From assembly GCF_009914755.1 (NCBI RefSeq), contig NC_060926.1: a DNA stretch of 64,000 bases. One strand, 5' to 3'. Origin of the DNA: the human T2T-CHM13v2.0 reference genome, Homo sapiens. The first letter of the stretch is position 1. Each line of letters starts with the position of its first letter. Made by a program: the position numbers and the translations under genes. Below are positions 1 through 13,524 of this stretch, in pieces. The notes below the pieces were generated by a model. It made no database searches. It was given only the letters and a program-made list of their open reading frames with translations, and was not told the origin of the DNA.

Positions 1-52
1 CCTCAGCCTCCCAAAGTGCTGGGATTACAGGTGTGATCCACTACGCCCAGCC
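1..52 (-). mobile_element. Alu, 5' end (cut by window edge)
   Basis: CCTCAGCCTCCCAAAGTGCTGGGATTACAGGTGTG...CCCAGCC is the reverse complement of the Alu 5' terminus. Confidence 0.95.
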
Positions 53-1360
53 TGATCATCTTCTTAAATAGGGTTTCCAGACTTTTTATATTTTCTTCTC
101 TCTCAGGAATACCTGTAATTTATAGATTCAAATGTTTTACATAGTACCATAACTCTCAAGGCTTTGCTCATTTAATTTTTTTTCGTCTGACTAAACTAAT
201 TCAAAAGATGTGGCCTCAAGTTCTGAGAGTCTTTTTTTCTGTTTTATCTTGGCTATAGTTCAAACTTTCAACTGCATTTCATAACTCCTTCAATATTTTT
301 TTCATTTCCAGAAGTTCTGTTTGTTTTTTTCTTTAGTAAATATCTATCTCTTTGATAAATTTCTCATTTATATTCTGGCTTGATTTTCTGATTTCTTTGT
401 GTTGGTTTTCAGGTTTCTCTTGGATCTAACTGACATGCTTTAAAATAAGTATTTTGAATTCTTTATTTGATATTTCAAATATTTCATTTTGGATTGTATC
501 TATTGCTGCAGAGTTAGTCTAATCTTTTGGAGATGTTGTAACACCTGTTTTTTCATACTTTCAGAATTGTTATGCTGTTCCCTTCTCTTCTGGAGAAACT
601 GTCAGTTCTTCTTATTTCGAATTTATTTTTGTTTGGAATGAATATTTTTTCCCTTTCAGGGTGTAACTATAATATATGTTGAGTAGTGTCATTTGCCTTT
701 GTTTCTGTGGGCTTCTGTGTGACTGCCTTCATATGATGACTTTCTCAAATGCCAGTTGTGGTAGCAAGGTACTAAGTGTTTAAGAAGCTCACAGTCTTTT
801 TCTGAGCTGGGGTGGTGGAGGTCTCCATAAGCTTATCCCATTTCCAAGCACTGTGCACTTGTGTCAACAAGTTTTGTATCAGGTTGTGCAATTCAACCTC
901 CAGGCCAATAGATGGCTCTTGCACCTAAGAGCCAGCTGTGGTGGTGGCAGAAGGGTTTACGCTTGATCTTTGTTTACAGGTAGAAGCTCTCCAGTTCCTC
1001 AGGCAATAGGCTGGTTTGTGGAATATCCAGTGGCCTGCGCTATGTGCTCAGCCCTGTGGTGTGTAAAGTTGGGCTGAGTTAGACCGAGCAGGCCCTCAGA
1101 TCCCCCAGTGGTGGACACAAGCACCAGTCCTGATAGGGGTGGTGTGGGAGTGATACAGACTCTGCATGATTTCCTTGGCTATAAGTAGACCCAGTGTGGT
1201 GGCTTTCTCAAATGCCAGTTGTACTAGTAATGTACCAGATGGTTATGCAGGTTCAAGGTCTACTGAGTATCCAGGGTAGTGTGGACAATGGTGGTAGCAG
1301 AGGTTGCATAAAGCTTGTGTCCTTCCTGAGTGACTTTAACACACTCCTGATCCAATTCTG
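53..1360 (-). mobile_element. Old L1 (L1M-type) ORF1/5'UTR fragment
   Basis: T-rich antisense ORF1-like text (GGAATACCTGTAATTTATAGATT...GGCTTTGCTCATTT; TCAAGTTCTGAGAGTC), then a more GC-rich 5'UTR-like part with the internal repeat TTTCTCAAATGCCAGTTGT (741 and 1204). Boundaries approximate. Confidence 0.75.
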
Positions 1361-1366
1361 TAGTGA

Positions 1367-1406
1367 TTACACACACACACATGATCACACACACACACGC
1401 ACACAT
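1367..1406. repeat. Interrupted (CA)n microsatellite
   Basis: ACACACACACACAC ATGATC ACACACACACACGCACACAT. Confidence 0.9.
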
Positions 1407-1617
1407 GCATATGTATACATAATATAAGCAATATAAATATAATCCTTTGTTTGGGCATGTGATACAATAAAAGTGAAAAGTAAAAGGCTGAAGTCATGAA
1501 CACAGATAAAACCATCAGAACTGATCAAAGAAAAAGTGTAAAGAAACTCCCCCAAAAATATTTTGTTTGAAAAAAGTAAAAATAATTATATGTATAATTG
1601 AATTTTAGAAATCAAAA

Positions 1618-1858
1618 TGTTTTTTTCTATTTCTGTGAAAAATGACACTGAAAATTTGATAGGAATTGCACTGAATCTGTAGATCACTTTAGGTAGTACA
1701 GAAATTTTAACAATATTAGTTATTCCAGTCCATTACCACGAAACGTCTTTCCCTTTATTTGTGTCTTCTTCAAATTCTCTATCAATATTTCTACCATGTA
1801 TATATAAATCAAAACATCATATTTTACCGAATAAGTATACAAAATTGTTAACTAAAAA
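1618..1858. mobile_element. Short 5'-inverted L1MA-type insertion
   Basis: About 1618-1790 is antisense ORF2 (TTCTGTGAAAAATGACACTG...GAATTGCACTGAATCTGTAGATC); about 1794-1858 is a sense L1MA-like 3' terminus (CATGTATATATAAATCAAAACATCATATTTTACC...). Confidence 0.7.
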
Positions 1859-2223
1859 TGAATTTTCAAAAACCGAAAGATGAAAATGTGAACAACTTCC
1901 AATCAATACATAAAAATAGACATTTTGATAGTTTCAACCAATACGCAAGATTTTTTTTTTAAAGTTCAAGAATGTCACATAAGTAACTATTAGAAAACCT
2001 TCAAGGAGAAGAATTTTTTCAGAGGAAGAAATAATGAATATGTGTTTAATAAAGGAAAGAGAACAGCTAACAAATTTTATAAGGTAGAATAATGTTGAAA
2101 TCAAACAGAATAAGAACACAACAAAAATATAAACTACATAAAATCTCTGGAAAAAAGTACATATAATAATAGCAAGCGAGTGCAGTTCTTCACCTAATCC
2201 CTGAAAGTCTACTGTGACTTTAG

Positions 2224-2532
<309 letters not shown>

Positions 2533-3005
2533 TATTTTTTGACTTTTTATAGTAGCCATTCTGACTGGTGCTGAGATGGTATCTCATTGTGGTTTTGATT
2601 TGTATTTCTCTAATACTCAGTGAGTTTTTTTCTATATGCTCGTTGGCCTCATATATGTTTTCTTTTAAAAAGTGTCTGTTCATATCATCTGACACTTTTT
2701 AATGGTATTGTTTGGTTTTCTCTTGTAAATTTGTATAAGTTACTTACAGATGCTGGATATTAGACCTTTGTCAGATGCATAGTTTGCAAATGTTTTCTCC
2801 TATTCTGTAGGTTGTCTATTTACTCTGTTAATAGTTTATTTTGCTGTGCAGAAGCTCTTACATTTAATTAGGTCTCATTTGTCAATTTTTGCTTTTGTTT
2901 CAATTGCTTCCGGCGTCCTCAGCATGAAATATTTGCCGTGCCTATGTCCAGGATGGATTGCCTAGATTGTCTTCCAGATTGTTTATAGTTTGGGTTTTAT
3001 ATTTT
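2533..3005 (-). mobile_element. L1 (L1PA/PB-type) ORF2 C-terminal fragment
   Basis: AGCCATTCTGACTGGTG..GAGATGGTATCTCATTGTGGTTTTGATTTG; the ORF track (2468..2695 -) gives DMNRHF..E...REIQIKTTMRYHL, which is ORF2p C-terminal sequence. Confidence 0.92.
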
Positions 3006-3237
3006 TTAAAGAAGAGTCCTGAGTCACGAAGAGATTAAATACTTTTGTTCATGGCCCTACTTACTTGTGAAGGAACCAGATTTCAAATTCAGTGGTATGG
3101 CCAAAATAATTTATACTTTTACATTCCTCAATCCATGCTCATTCCACTATATTTTACATCCATATTAAATAAAATATGGCAAATAAAATACATATATATG
3201 TGTGTGTGTATAGACACATATATACACATATACAACT

Positions 3238-4103
3238 GAATTGACCCTTGAACAACACAGGTTTTAGATGCACAGGTCCATTTCTACGTAATTTTTTTCA
3301 AAAAAAAATTGGAAAATTTTTTGTAGATTTGCAGCAATTTGAAAAACCTCACAATTTATATATCCTAGAAATATGAAAAATTAAAACATCTTATATATGT
3401 CATGAATGCATAAAATATATGTGAATAGTAGACCATTTTATCATTTGCTACCATAAAATATACATAAATCAATTATAAAAAGTTAAAATATATCAAAATG
3501 CATGCACACAATCACTTACATACCATTCATGGCACCATTCATACTTGAGAAAAATAAAAACAAATGTAAAGATGCAGTATTAAATGATAACTGCATAAAA
3601 TTAACTATAGTAATACTGTACTTCTGTGATAATCTTGTAGTCACCTCCTGTTGCTCTTGCTGTTAGTCCAAGTATTGCAAGTATCCGCTTAAAATATTGT
3701 GTTACACTAATCACCTCCACATTTCCAGTAAATTGCCTTCCACTGTAAAAACTGATCTCTTGAAGTTCTCACATATTTTTCATTGTGTTTACTGCAATAT
3801 TATAAATCTTGAATAATACCGTAGGACCCATACAAAGTGCCACTAGAGATGTTAGAAGTACTCCCAAGACACAGAGAGATGTCATGACATTACAAGTTAA
3901 TTCATTGTAAGAATACATTGCATTATATATATAATGTATAACATGTGTTTATCGACTGTTTTTTTGTCCGTAAAGCTTCTGGTCAACACTGGGCTGTTAG
4001 CAGTTAAGTTTTGGAGAGTTAAATGTTATACATAGATTTTGGGCTGCACAAGGATCTATTGACATTAATAGCCTTAACCTCCACATTATTCAAGGGTCAA
4101 CTG
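3238..4103 (+). mobile_element. Tigger2-family (TcMar-Tigger) internally deleted DNA transposon
   Basis: Terminal inverted repeats TTGACCCTTGAACAAC (3241) and TTATTCAAGGGTCAACTG followed by TA (4104-4105); the interior matches the Tigger2 consensus as I recall it. Confidence 0.88.
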
Positions 4104-4119
4104 TATGAATAAGATAAGG

Positions 4120-4536
4120 AACAAATGGATAAACAAATTGTGATATGTTTATACCATAGAATATTATTCAGTTATAAAAAGAAATGAAATGACATGTTAC
4201 AACAGATTATTTTTTAAGCATAACACTAAGTTAAAGAAGTTAGATTAAAGGGTTACATACTGTATAATTCTATTTATATTAATTCCATTTATATGACTTG
4301 CCTATAGTAGGCAGATCTAAGAAACAGAAATCAGATTAGTGTTTGCCACAGGCTGGTATAAGGGCAGGTGAGAAATGTGTTAGTACATATGGGGTTTCAT
4401 TTTGGGGTAATACAAATGTTCTGGGCATTAGATAGTGGTGATGCTTGCACAACTTTGTGAATAAACTAAAACCACAGTACATTACACTGTAAAAGAACAA
4501 ATGTAATGGTAGGTAAATAATATATCAATTTAAAAA
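4120..4536 (+). mobile_element. L1MB-type 3' UTR
   Basis: AAATGGATAAACAAATTGTGATATG...GAATATTATTCAG; AGATAGTGGTGATGCTTGCACAACTTTGTGAATA. Confidence 0.8.
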
Positions 4537-4547
4537 GCCACCAAATT

Positions 4548-4915
4548 TAAATGTGAAATATGATCTTGTATTGAACAATTGAACACTGGGGTAAAAAATA
4601 AGTTGCTCTAAAGAACATTATCGGAATAATTATCAAAACTTAAGTGAAACCTGTACATTAGGTAATAGTATTTTATTAACATTAAATTTTCTGTTTTGTG
4701 ATAATTTTGGAAATTTCACATTAAAGTGTTTAGTGAGAAAGGGATCTATTGCTTTCTACTTAGTCTGTAACGATTCAGAAAAGAATAACAAATCAAATGT
4801 GACAAAATGTCAACAATTGCTGAATCTAGGTGAAGGGTATAAATAAATTCTTTGAACTTTTGTACTTTTCATGGTCACTTTTATGTAAAAAATGTTGCAA
4901 AATAAAAATGATTAT
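4548..4915 (+). mobile_element. Old L1MC/ME-type 3' fragment
   Basis: CAAATGTGACAAAATGTCAACAATTGCTGAATCTAGGTGAAGGGTATA resembles old L1M 3' ends. Confidence 0.6.
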
Positions 4916-5851
4916 CATAAAGTCAAAAAAAATGAAAAACGAAAGAAAAATGCAAAACAAAGCAAGCCCAATCCATCTAGCAGTGTGTGTATGTGGTCCT
5001 TTCTCAAAAGAGAAGTTAATTTTAATGATTCTTTGAGGTTATGTGAAGCTTTCTCAGCTGGCTATTAACAGTGAATTTATAACAGATTAGCTATTGAACA
5101 AAAAATCCCAATATCCTGTGGGGTAGGAAAAAAAGGCACATTGATGTTTATCTGATTAATTCACAAAATTTATTTTACTATCCATGTTCGATTTATTTGC
5201 TTACGTTAATGGAGTTCTAAAAAGGTAGATGATGATTTTGTGATTCTAAAGAGCTTCAATCAAAATGTAAGATAAACAGTAAGAATTATAAAATGATAAA
5301 ATATTATTATGAAATATTGATGCAGAGATTATGTTTACACTTCCTGGCATTGCTACATTTGACCTATTATTAGTGGTGCTTCTGAATCACCAAATATTAA
5401 TATTCTCTTTTCAAATCTTAGGGTCTTTTTTCCTAATTCTATGATTCATTAGATGACTGCATATCTTTAAACCAGAATTTTTAATTGCCACAATATAGTA
5501 GCTACTCTAAATTTGAGTTTGTCTTAAGTCCAAGAAAAATGTGGAGATGATATTAAGAGAATTCAGTTTTATCCATCCTTAGATAAAAATAAAAACTAAT
5601 CATCACTTCTCCTTATTATAACAATTTAGAAAAATTATTGAGAGATGTCAAAAACGGGGGCAATTTATCAGTGCTGAACTATAGGAGACAAGTATTGTCC
5701 AGTTCTGCCCAGCATGGTTAAGTCATCAGATCTACTCTTGAATTGTGTACCTGGTACCACAATGGGGAGTTCTGCTTTCTTCGTTGCACTTTACTTTCCT
5801 CATTTCTTCTCCATGATCTGAATTTGTTTTTCATGGAAGGCCTTAGGATAG

Positions 5852-5918
5852 TCATAATAGTTAACACTTACTATGTGCTTATAATATGCCAGGCACTGAG
5901 TGAAGTATTACATCATTT
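5852..5918 (-). mobile_element. MIR fragment
   Basis: ATAATAGTTAACACTTACTATGTGCTTATAATATGCCAGGCACTG. Confidence 0.55.
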
Positions 5919-5979
5919 AAGAAGGACAAACAAATCTAATTTAAGTCTCACACACCCAGAGAATAGTAGTGAAGCAGGT

Positions 5980-8504
5980 GGACTTCACATTCTGCCAAGA
6001 TAGAACAGCCTCAGTCGGTAGCACCTTTACAACTAATTGACCAAAAATAATAATAATAATAACAAACAAGCATTAGAAATTTCTGGAAGGTGAAAAGAGG
6101 AAGGCATGCTGTTTAGGGACTTATGAGCTTCAGAAATGACATGGCAGTGAGCTCTCTGGGTATCTTTATTGCCAGACAGGGCACTAGAGCACTACAGAGA
6201 CTTCTAATCCACAACCTCCAACAGACACAGATGCAAAACACTCCACAAAAGTCTATTACTTATAGCCACAGGGCCAAGAAGAAAAGGAAAAGAATAGCCT
6301 AAGCCTTAAGCCTAAACAAAACAGAAAATGTTTTGTTTTGTTTTTTGCCAGAGTGAGGGGAGCAATATGCTTTTTAACTCCAGCTAAATACCAACAGAAC
6401 AGCATGCTAACGTCCTTCACCATTGTGGTTTCATGGGAACTGATTACATAGTTATTTTCCAACTCATTCCCACCCACACTCCCTCCCTTCCCCTGGTCTC
6501 CCAAGCAGGTAGAGTGCAACTTAAATTCCTCCACCGGGTGGTTAACTGGGGGTTAATCTTACATCCCCTGCCTAGATATTGTCATCAGGGGGTGATCTTC
6601 CATCCTGACAGCAGAAGAAGACAACCAGACAGTGGAAGGCAGAGCCAGTACTCTAGGCTCCACCAACTCCTCTTTCCACCCATGTGGAAGTAGTGCCAGT
6701 GGTGCCAAGGGAGGAGCTGAGTCAACACCCCACAGAGCACCAAGGAGAGGAAACAAAGTAGTGAAAGTCCAGGCTATAAGCTCCTCATTTTCTCCTCTTT
6801 TCTGCTATCAGAGGGACACAGAGAGCTATACATACCCAGAGAGCTATCAGGGAGCTATACTTTCACCCAGCCAGCATGATTTAGTGGGAGACAAGGGAGA
6901 GAAGCAGCCCTATTTGGTATTCCACTTCCAGCCCCCTGGTATGAGTGAAGACCAAGGAGGAGATGAACTTCTGTTCTCCGTCGTGCAGCAAAAAAAAACT
7001 GAAACCCATCAGGGAACTAATCTTCCACCTGCACTTGGAGTCAATGGAGATTGAGAGTGAGAGTCAAATGGTTGAAGGAAACTCTCTAAAGAAAAAGGAA
7101 CTAACAGTAGATGGCTTGAAACTTCAGAAAAGAAAGAAGAGTATGCAAATTGGTAAAAATAAGGGTGTATAAAATAGACTATTTGCTATGCGTGAGTTTC
7201 TTAAGGTATATTTGAAGGTTGAAAGAAAAATTATACATCCAAAGTTCAGCTTAATGCATGCAGAAGGAATATTTAATACAATTATATCTTAAAAGTTCAT
7301 AGGCACTCAAATAAATGTAAAGTTTCTCAAATTGATGTGCAAAAACATCAATTCCAGTAGACCATAGTAAGTTATACGAATATATATTGTTATGCATGTA
7401 GCAACCAGTAAGAAAACTACAAAATAATATACTAATTTAAAGACTGAAAATAAATTGAGATGGAGTTTTTAAAAAGTTTAAATAACCCACAGAAAGGTAA
7501 AACAAAATCAGAAAATAGCATAAGAAATGATCCAAAGACACATAATAAAAGGTCAAATTAAGTCCTAACATCCTAATACAGCTTTATATCTATCTCTGTA
7601 TTAATCTATTCATCTAATCAAAAGGCACAGATTGGCAGCACATTAAAAATAACAAGATTCAAAAATACACTGTCTACAAGAATTTCACTTCAAATAAAGG
7701 ATATAGGTATATTTAAAATAAAAGAATAGAAAATGATTCAGCACAGAAGCATTATTTTTTAAAGCAGATGTGTTATATATTAATTTTTGATAGACTACAT
7801 TTCAGAGCAAAGAAAATTACTACAGAGAGAGACATTACATAATAATAAATGTATTAATCCAACACAAAGACATAAAAGTCCTAAATATGCACATTAGAAA
7901 ACCACACCAGAGCCTGAAAATAGCAAAAATTCAAAAATTAAAAGAGCTTAAATAAGTAGACAAGCCACAGTTATGGTCGGGGACTTCAAGATTCCATTCT
8001 CAGAAAATGATAAAACAGTAAACAGAAAATCAGCTGTGATATAGAAGAACTGAACAATATAGTCATATAACAGTATCTCATTGATATATATAGAACACTC
8101 CACCCAACAAGAGAAAATACACATTTTTCAAATGTTCATGGAACATTGACTAAGATAAACCATATATCCTGGACCATAAAACAAACTTCAGCAAATTTAA
8201 ATTGCTCTCTAATTAATTTAATCTAATTTAAATCACGTGGAGTATGTTATTTGACCAAAGGGGTATTGAATTCAAAATGAGTAAGAGACAAACAGCAGGG
8301 AAATCTCTAAATGTGGAAATTTAGCAATGTATTTTCAAATAATCCATAATCAAAAAGGAAGTTTGAAAACAAAAAATAAATAGAATTGAATATAACATGA
8401 AAATATAACATATCAAGATATGTAGGAAAACATCTTAAAATATGTGAAATTAGTTAATACTTAAAATTTTTTAGCACTTAATAATTACATTAGAATATAA
8501 AAAA
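5980..8504 (+). mobile_element. Old L1M (L1MD-like) host element, 5' part: 5'UTR, decayed ORF1 end, ORF2 endonuclease region
   Basis: ORF2 EN-like text from about 7560 (AAAAGGCACAGATTGGCAG; CTGTCTACAAGAA; ATAGAACACTCCACCCAACAA). It stops at ...AATTACATTAGAA and resumes at 17100. The 5' boundary is uncertain. Confidence 0.75.
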
Positions 8505-9294
8505 GAAAGGTAGAGCAAGATGGTGGAGTAGAAAGCTCCACCGATACGAAGGACACCAATTTAACAACTATCTACACAGAAAGAACACCTTCATAAGAAC
8601 CAAAAATCAGATGAGAACTCATAGTACCTGATTTTAACTTCCTGTTACTGAAAGAGGCACTGAAGAGATAGAACAAACAGTCCAGAATTACTGATGCCAC
8701 CCCTCCTTGACCTCAGCAACAGTGTGGTCCAGAGAGCCTCTCTGGGTGCTGGGGGAAGGAGAACACAGCAATTTTAATTGAACTCAGTGCTGTCCTGTTA
8801 AAGCAGAAACAGGAGCAAACTTAGCTGACTCTTGCCCACCAAGGGAGCATTTAAACCAGCCCTAGCCAGAGGGGAATTGCGGATCCCAGCGGTTTGAACT
8901 TGAGTTCCCACAAACCTTGCTACCAAGACCCAAAGTGCTCTTGGTCTCTAAGTAAACTTGAAAGGCAGTGTAGGCCATAAGGAATGCAATTCTTAGGGAA
9001 GTCCTAGGGCTGAACTAGGTGCAAAGACAGTGGACTAGGGGGCAAGCGACATACTGAGACACCAGCCAAGAGAGTGCTAGCATCACCCCTCCCCTAACCA
9101 CAGGCTGCACAGCTCACACCTCCAAAAGACACTCTTTCCTTCTGCCTCAGGAGAGGAGAGGGAAGAGCAGGAGGACTTTATCTTTCATCTAGGATACCAG
9201 CTCAGCCACAGCAGGATAGGACACCAGTCAGACTTGCAATGCCGCTCTTCCAGGCCTTAGCCCCCAGACCTTTCTAGACACAGCCTGGGCCAGA

Positions 9295-9511
9295 TTCTGT
9301 TGATTCAAGAGCATGGGAAGTTTTTCCATTTGTCTTTGTCATCTACAATTACTTTCATTGGTGTTTTACAGTTTTCATTGTAGAGGTCTTTCATCTCTTT
9401 GGTTAAATGTGTACCGAAGTATCTTATTTTTTGTATTATAATGGGATTATAATTGGGATTGATTCTTGGTTTGGTTCTCAGCTTGATTGTTATTGGTATA
9501 TACAAATGCTG
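9295..9511 (-). mobile_element. Internal L1 ORF2 fragment inserted in the L1MA 5'UTR
   Basis: Antisense ORF2 (ORF 9305..9532 -: LTKEMKDLYNENCKT...DKDKWKNFPCS) between CTGGGCCAGA direct repeats at 9285-9294 and 9512-9521. Confidence 0.88.
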
Positions 9512-11893
9512 CTGGGCCAGAAGTGAACCCACTGCCTTGAAGGAAAAGACCCAGTACTGGCAGCATTCAACATTTGCTAACTGAAGAACCCTTGGGCCTT
9601 AAATACCTAGCAGCAGGATCCAAGTACTACATCAAGGAATTTGGATAAGCCTCTGAGATTCACTGGCTTCAGGTGGGACTCAGCACATTCCCAACTGTGG
9701 TGGCCTCAGGGCAAAAATCTTTCTGCTTGAGAAAAGCAGAGGGAAAAGTAAAGGGGACTTTGTCTTGCACCTTAGGTACTGGCATAGCCACAGGGGGTTA
9801 GAGCACCAAACAGGCTCTTGGGGTCCCTAATTCTAGGACTTAACTCTTAGATAGCATTTCTGGACTTGCCCTGAGCCAAAGGGGAGCCCACTGTCCCGAA
9901 GGGCAAGTCCCAGGGCAGGCAGCATTCACGACAAGCTGACCTAAGAGACCTTAGGCCCTAAAGGAACACCAGTGGTAGTATGGTAGTATGCCCTATGGCC
10001 CGGGGAGGTGGTGGCTACAGGGTTAGGCTTCTCTGCCTTTGGAAAGGAAAGCAAAGAGGGACAAGGACGGTGTCTTGTGGTTTTGGTGCCAGCTCAGCTA
10101 CAATACAGTAGAACACTAGGTAGACTTCCAAGGTATCTTACTCTAGTCCCTGACTCCTAGATGGTACTTCTGGACTCACAGAGGGCCTGGGGCGACTTTC
10201 TGCCCTAAAGGGAAGGAAACAGGCCTGACTAGTTTTGACACCTGCTGATTGTAGGGTCCCAGTGCTTTGAGCAAATGTAGGCAGTAGACGGGGAGTAGTT
10301 AGAGCAGGCCTTGGGTGAGACTCAGCACTGTGTTGGCTTCAAGTCTGACACAGTGCAGTCATAGTGATGGCGTCCACAGGTGTGTTTTTGTCATTCTATC
10401 CCAGCTTTAGGTGGCTCAGAACAGAGAGAGAGACTCCATGTTTGGGAGAATATAAGGGAAGATAACAAGAGTCTCTGCCTGGCAATCCAGATAATTCTCC
10501 TAGATGTTGTCCAAGATATCAAGGTAACATCTCCATGAGTCTATAAGAGCCACAGCTTTACTGGGCCTGGGTTATCCCCTAAAATCAGATGCAGCTTCGA
10601 TCACAACATCTAAGTTTTTTCAAGTATCTAAAAAGCCTCTCAAGAAGGATGGCTGCAAATAAGCCCAGACAGTGAAGAATACAATAAATACCTAATACTT
10701 CAATACCTAGACACTGAAAAACATCTAATAGCATCAACACCATCCAGGAAAACATGACCTCACCAAATGAAATAAATAAGTCACCATGTACCAATCATGG
10801 AGAAACAGAGACATGTGACCTTTCAGAATGAGAAGTCAAAATAACCATGTTGAGGAAACGCAAATAAATTCAAGATAACACAGAGAAGGAATTCAGAATT
10901 CTATTGGACAAATTTTTAAAAAGATTGAAATAATTAACATAAATCAAGCATAAATTCTAGAGCTGAAAAATGCAATTGGCATACTGAAGAATGAATGCAT
11001 CAGAGTTCTTTAATAGCAGAATGGATAAGGCAGAAGAAAGAATTAATGAGCTTGAAGACAACAATTTGAAAATACACAGAAAAGACAAAAAATTGACTAA
11101 AAACAATAAAGCATTCTTACAGGATCTACAAAATAGCCTCAAAAGGACAAATCTAGGAGTAACTGGCCTTAAAGAGGGGGTAGAGAAAGAGGTAGGGATA
11201 GATATAGTTTATTCAAAGGGAAATAACAAATAACTTTTCAAACCTACAGCAAGATAGCAATATCAAAGTGCAAACAGGTTATAGAACACCAAGCAGATTT
11301 AACCCAATGAAGACTGTCTCAAGGCATTTAATAATCAAACTTCAAAATCAAGAGTAAAGAAAGGATCCTGAAAGCAGCAAGAGAAGGCACAAATAGCATA
11401 CAACAGAGGTCCAATACATTGGCAGCAGACTTTTCAGTGGAAAGGTTACAGACCAAGAGAGTGGCATGACATATTTAAAGTGCTGAAGGAAAAATATTTT
11501 ACCCAAGAATAGTATACCTGTCAAAAAAAAAAAGTCCTTTAAACATGAAAAGCAAAATAAAGATTTTCCCAGGCAAACAAAAGCTGAGAGATTTCATCAA
11601 TACCAGACCTGTCCTACAAAAAAATGCTAAAGGGAGTACATCAATCAAAAATAAAAGAACACTGAGTAATAAATAATCTTCTGAAGGTAAAAAACTTACT
11701 GGTAATAGTAAGTACACAGAAAAACAGAGAATAGTACAACACTATAACTGTGGTATGTAAACTACTTTTATCCTAAGTGGAAAGACTAAACAATAAACCA
11801 ATAAAAACAGTAACTACAACAACTTTTCAAGACAGAGTCAGTAAATAAGACATAAATAGAAACAACAAAAAGTTGAAAACTTGGAGGACATTT

Positions 11894-12012
11894 GACTGGG
11901 TGCAGTGGCTCATGACTATAATCCCAGCACTTCAGGAGGTTAAGCAGGGAGGATTGCTTGAGCCCAGGAGTTTGAGATTTCATTTCCATAATAAATATAT
12001 TTGTTTAAAAAA
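11894..12012 (+). mobile_element. Alu left monomer (FLAM/AluJ-like)
   Basis: GACTGGGTGCAGTGGCTCATGACTATAATCCCAGCACTT...GGATTGCTTGAGCCCAGGAGTTTGAGA, then an AT-rich tail; GGAGGACA recurs on both sides. Confidence 0.85.
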
Positions 12013-13180
12013 GGGGGAGGACAAAGTTAAGGCATAAAATTTTGTTAGTTTCCTTTTTGCTCGTTCGTTTATGCAGTGTTAAGTTGTTACCAGGTTAAAA
12101 TCATGGGTTATAAGATAGTATTTGCAAGTTTCATGGTAACCTCAAACCAAAAAACATACAATAGACACACACGAAATAAAAGCAAGAAACTAAATCATAT
12201 CACAAGGAAAATTATCTTCCCTAGAGGAAGACAGAAAGGAAAGAAAGAAGAAAGAGAAAATCACAAAACAATGAGAAAACAACAACATGGCAGGAGTAAA
12301 TTCTTACTTATCAATGATAACATTGAATATAAATGGACTAAACTCTCCAATCAAAAGATGTAGACTGGCTTAATGGATGAAAGGCAAGACCCATTGATCT
12401 GTTGTCACAAGAAACACATTCCACCTATAAAGACATACACATACTGAAAATAAAGGAATGGAAAAAGATATTTCATGCCAATGGAAACCAAAGAAGAGCA
12501 GAGGTCACTATACTTACCTCAGACAAAATAAATTTAAAGACAAAAAGTATAAGGAGAGAAAAGAAGGTCACTATATAATGATAAAAGGGTCAATTCAGCA
12601 AAAGGATGTATCAGTTTTAATTATATGCACCTCAATATATATAAAAAATATTGTTAGAGCTAAAGAGAAAGATAGGCCCCAATACAATAACAGCTAAAGA
12701 GTTCAACAACCCACTGTTAGCATTGGACAGGTCTTCCAGACAGAAAATCTACAAAGAAACATCAAACTTAATCTTCACTATAGAATAAATGGACCTATTA
12801 GATGATAGTTATAGAACATTTTATCCAGGAGATGCAGAATACAGATTCTTTTCCTCAGTCATGGATTATTCTCAAGAATAGACCATATGTTAGGTCACAA
12901 AATAAGTTTTAAAACATGTTTAAAAATTGAAATAATATTAAGCATCTTCTCTGACCACAATGGAATAAAATTAGAAATCGATAACAAGAGGAATTTTGAA
13001 AACAATGCAAACACATAAAAATTAAACAATATACTCCGGAATTACCAGTGAGTCAATGAAGAAATTGAAAATGAAATTAAAAAATTATTGAAACAAATGA
13101 TAATGGAAACACAATATACCACAACATATGACAGATAGCAAAAGCAGTAATAAGAGGGAAGTTTACAGCTATAAGCTAAT

Positions 13181-13524
13181 TGTATTAGTCCATTTTCACA
13201 CTGCTATAAAGAACTACCTGAGACTGGGTAAATTATAAACGAAAGAGGTTTAATTGGCTCACAGTTCTGCATGACTAGAGAGGCCTCAGGAAACTTACAA
13301 TCGTGGTGGAAGGCAAAGGGAAAGCAAGGCACGTCTTACATGGCAGCAGGAGAGAGAGAGTGAGGGGAACGTGCCATACTTTAAAACCATCAGCTCTTAT
13401 GACAGCAGCAAGGAAGAAATCTGCCTCCATGATCCAATCACTTTCCACCAGGTCCCTCCCTTGACACATGGGGATTACAATTCAAGATGAGATTTGGGTG
13501 GAGACACAGAGCCAAACCATATCA
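13181..13524 (-). mobile_element. THE1D/MSTA-type solo LTR (ERVL-MaLR) inside L1 ORF2
   Basis: TGTATTAGTCCATTTTCACACTGCTATAAAGAACTACCTGAGACTGGG ... GCCAAACCATATCA; 5-bp TSD CTAAT/CTCAT. Confidence 0.92.

Noticed and set aside
741-1230. Direct repeat TTTCTCAAATGCCAGTTGT at 741 and 1204
   Set aside because: Best explained as the internal repeat structure of an old L1 5'UTR, not a local event.
2540-2822. Strong similarity to 17540-17820
   Set aside because: Both are the same ORF2 region from separate L1 copies; similarity does not extend into the flanks.
6632-7054. 140-aa ORF
   Set aside because: It starts at GTG in the 5' region of a decayed L1 and has no recognisable domain or splice context.
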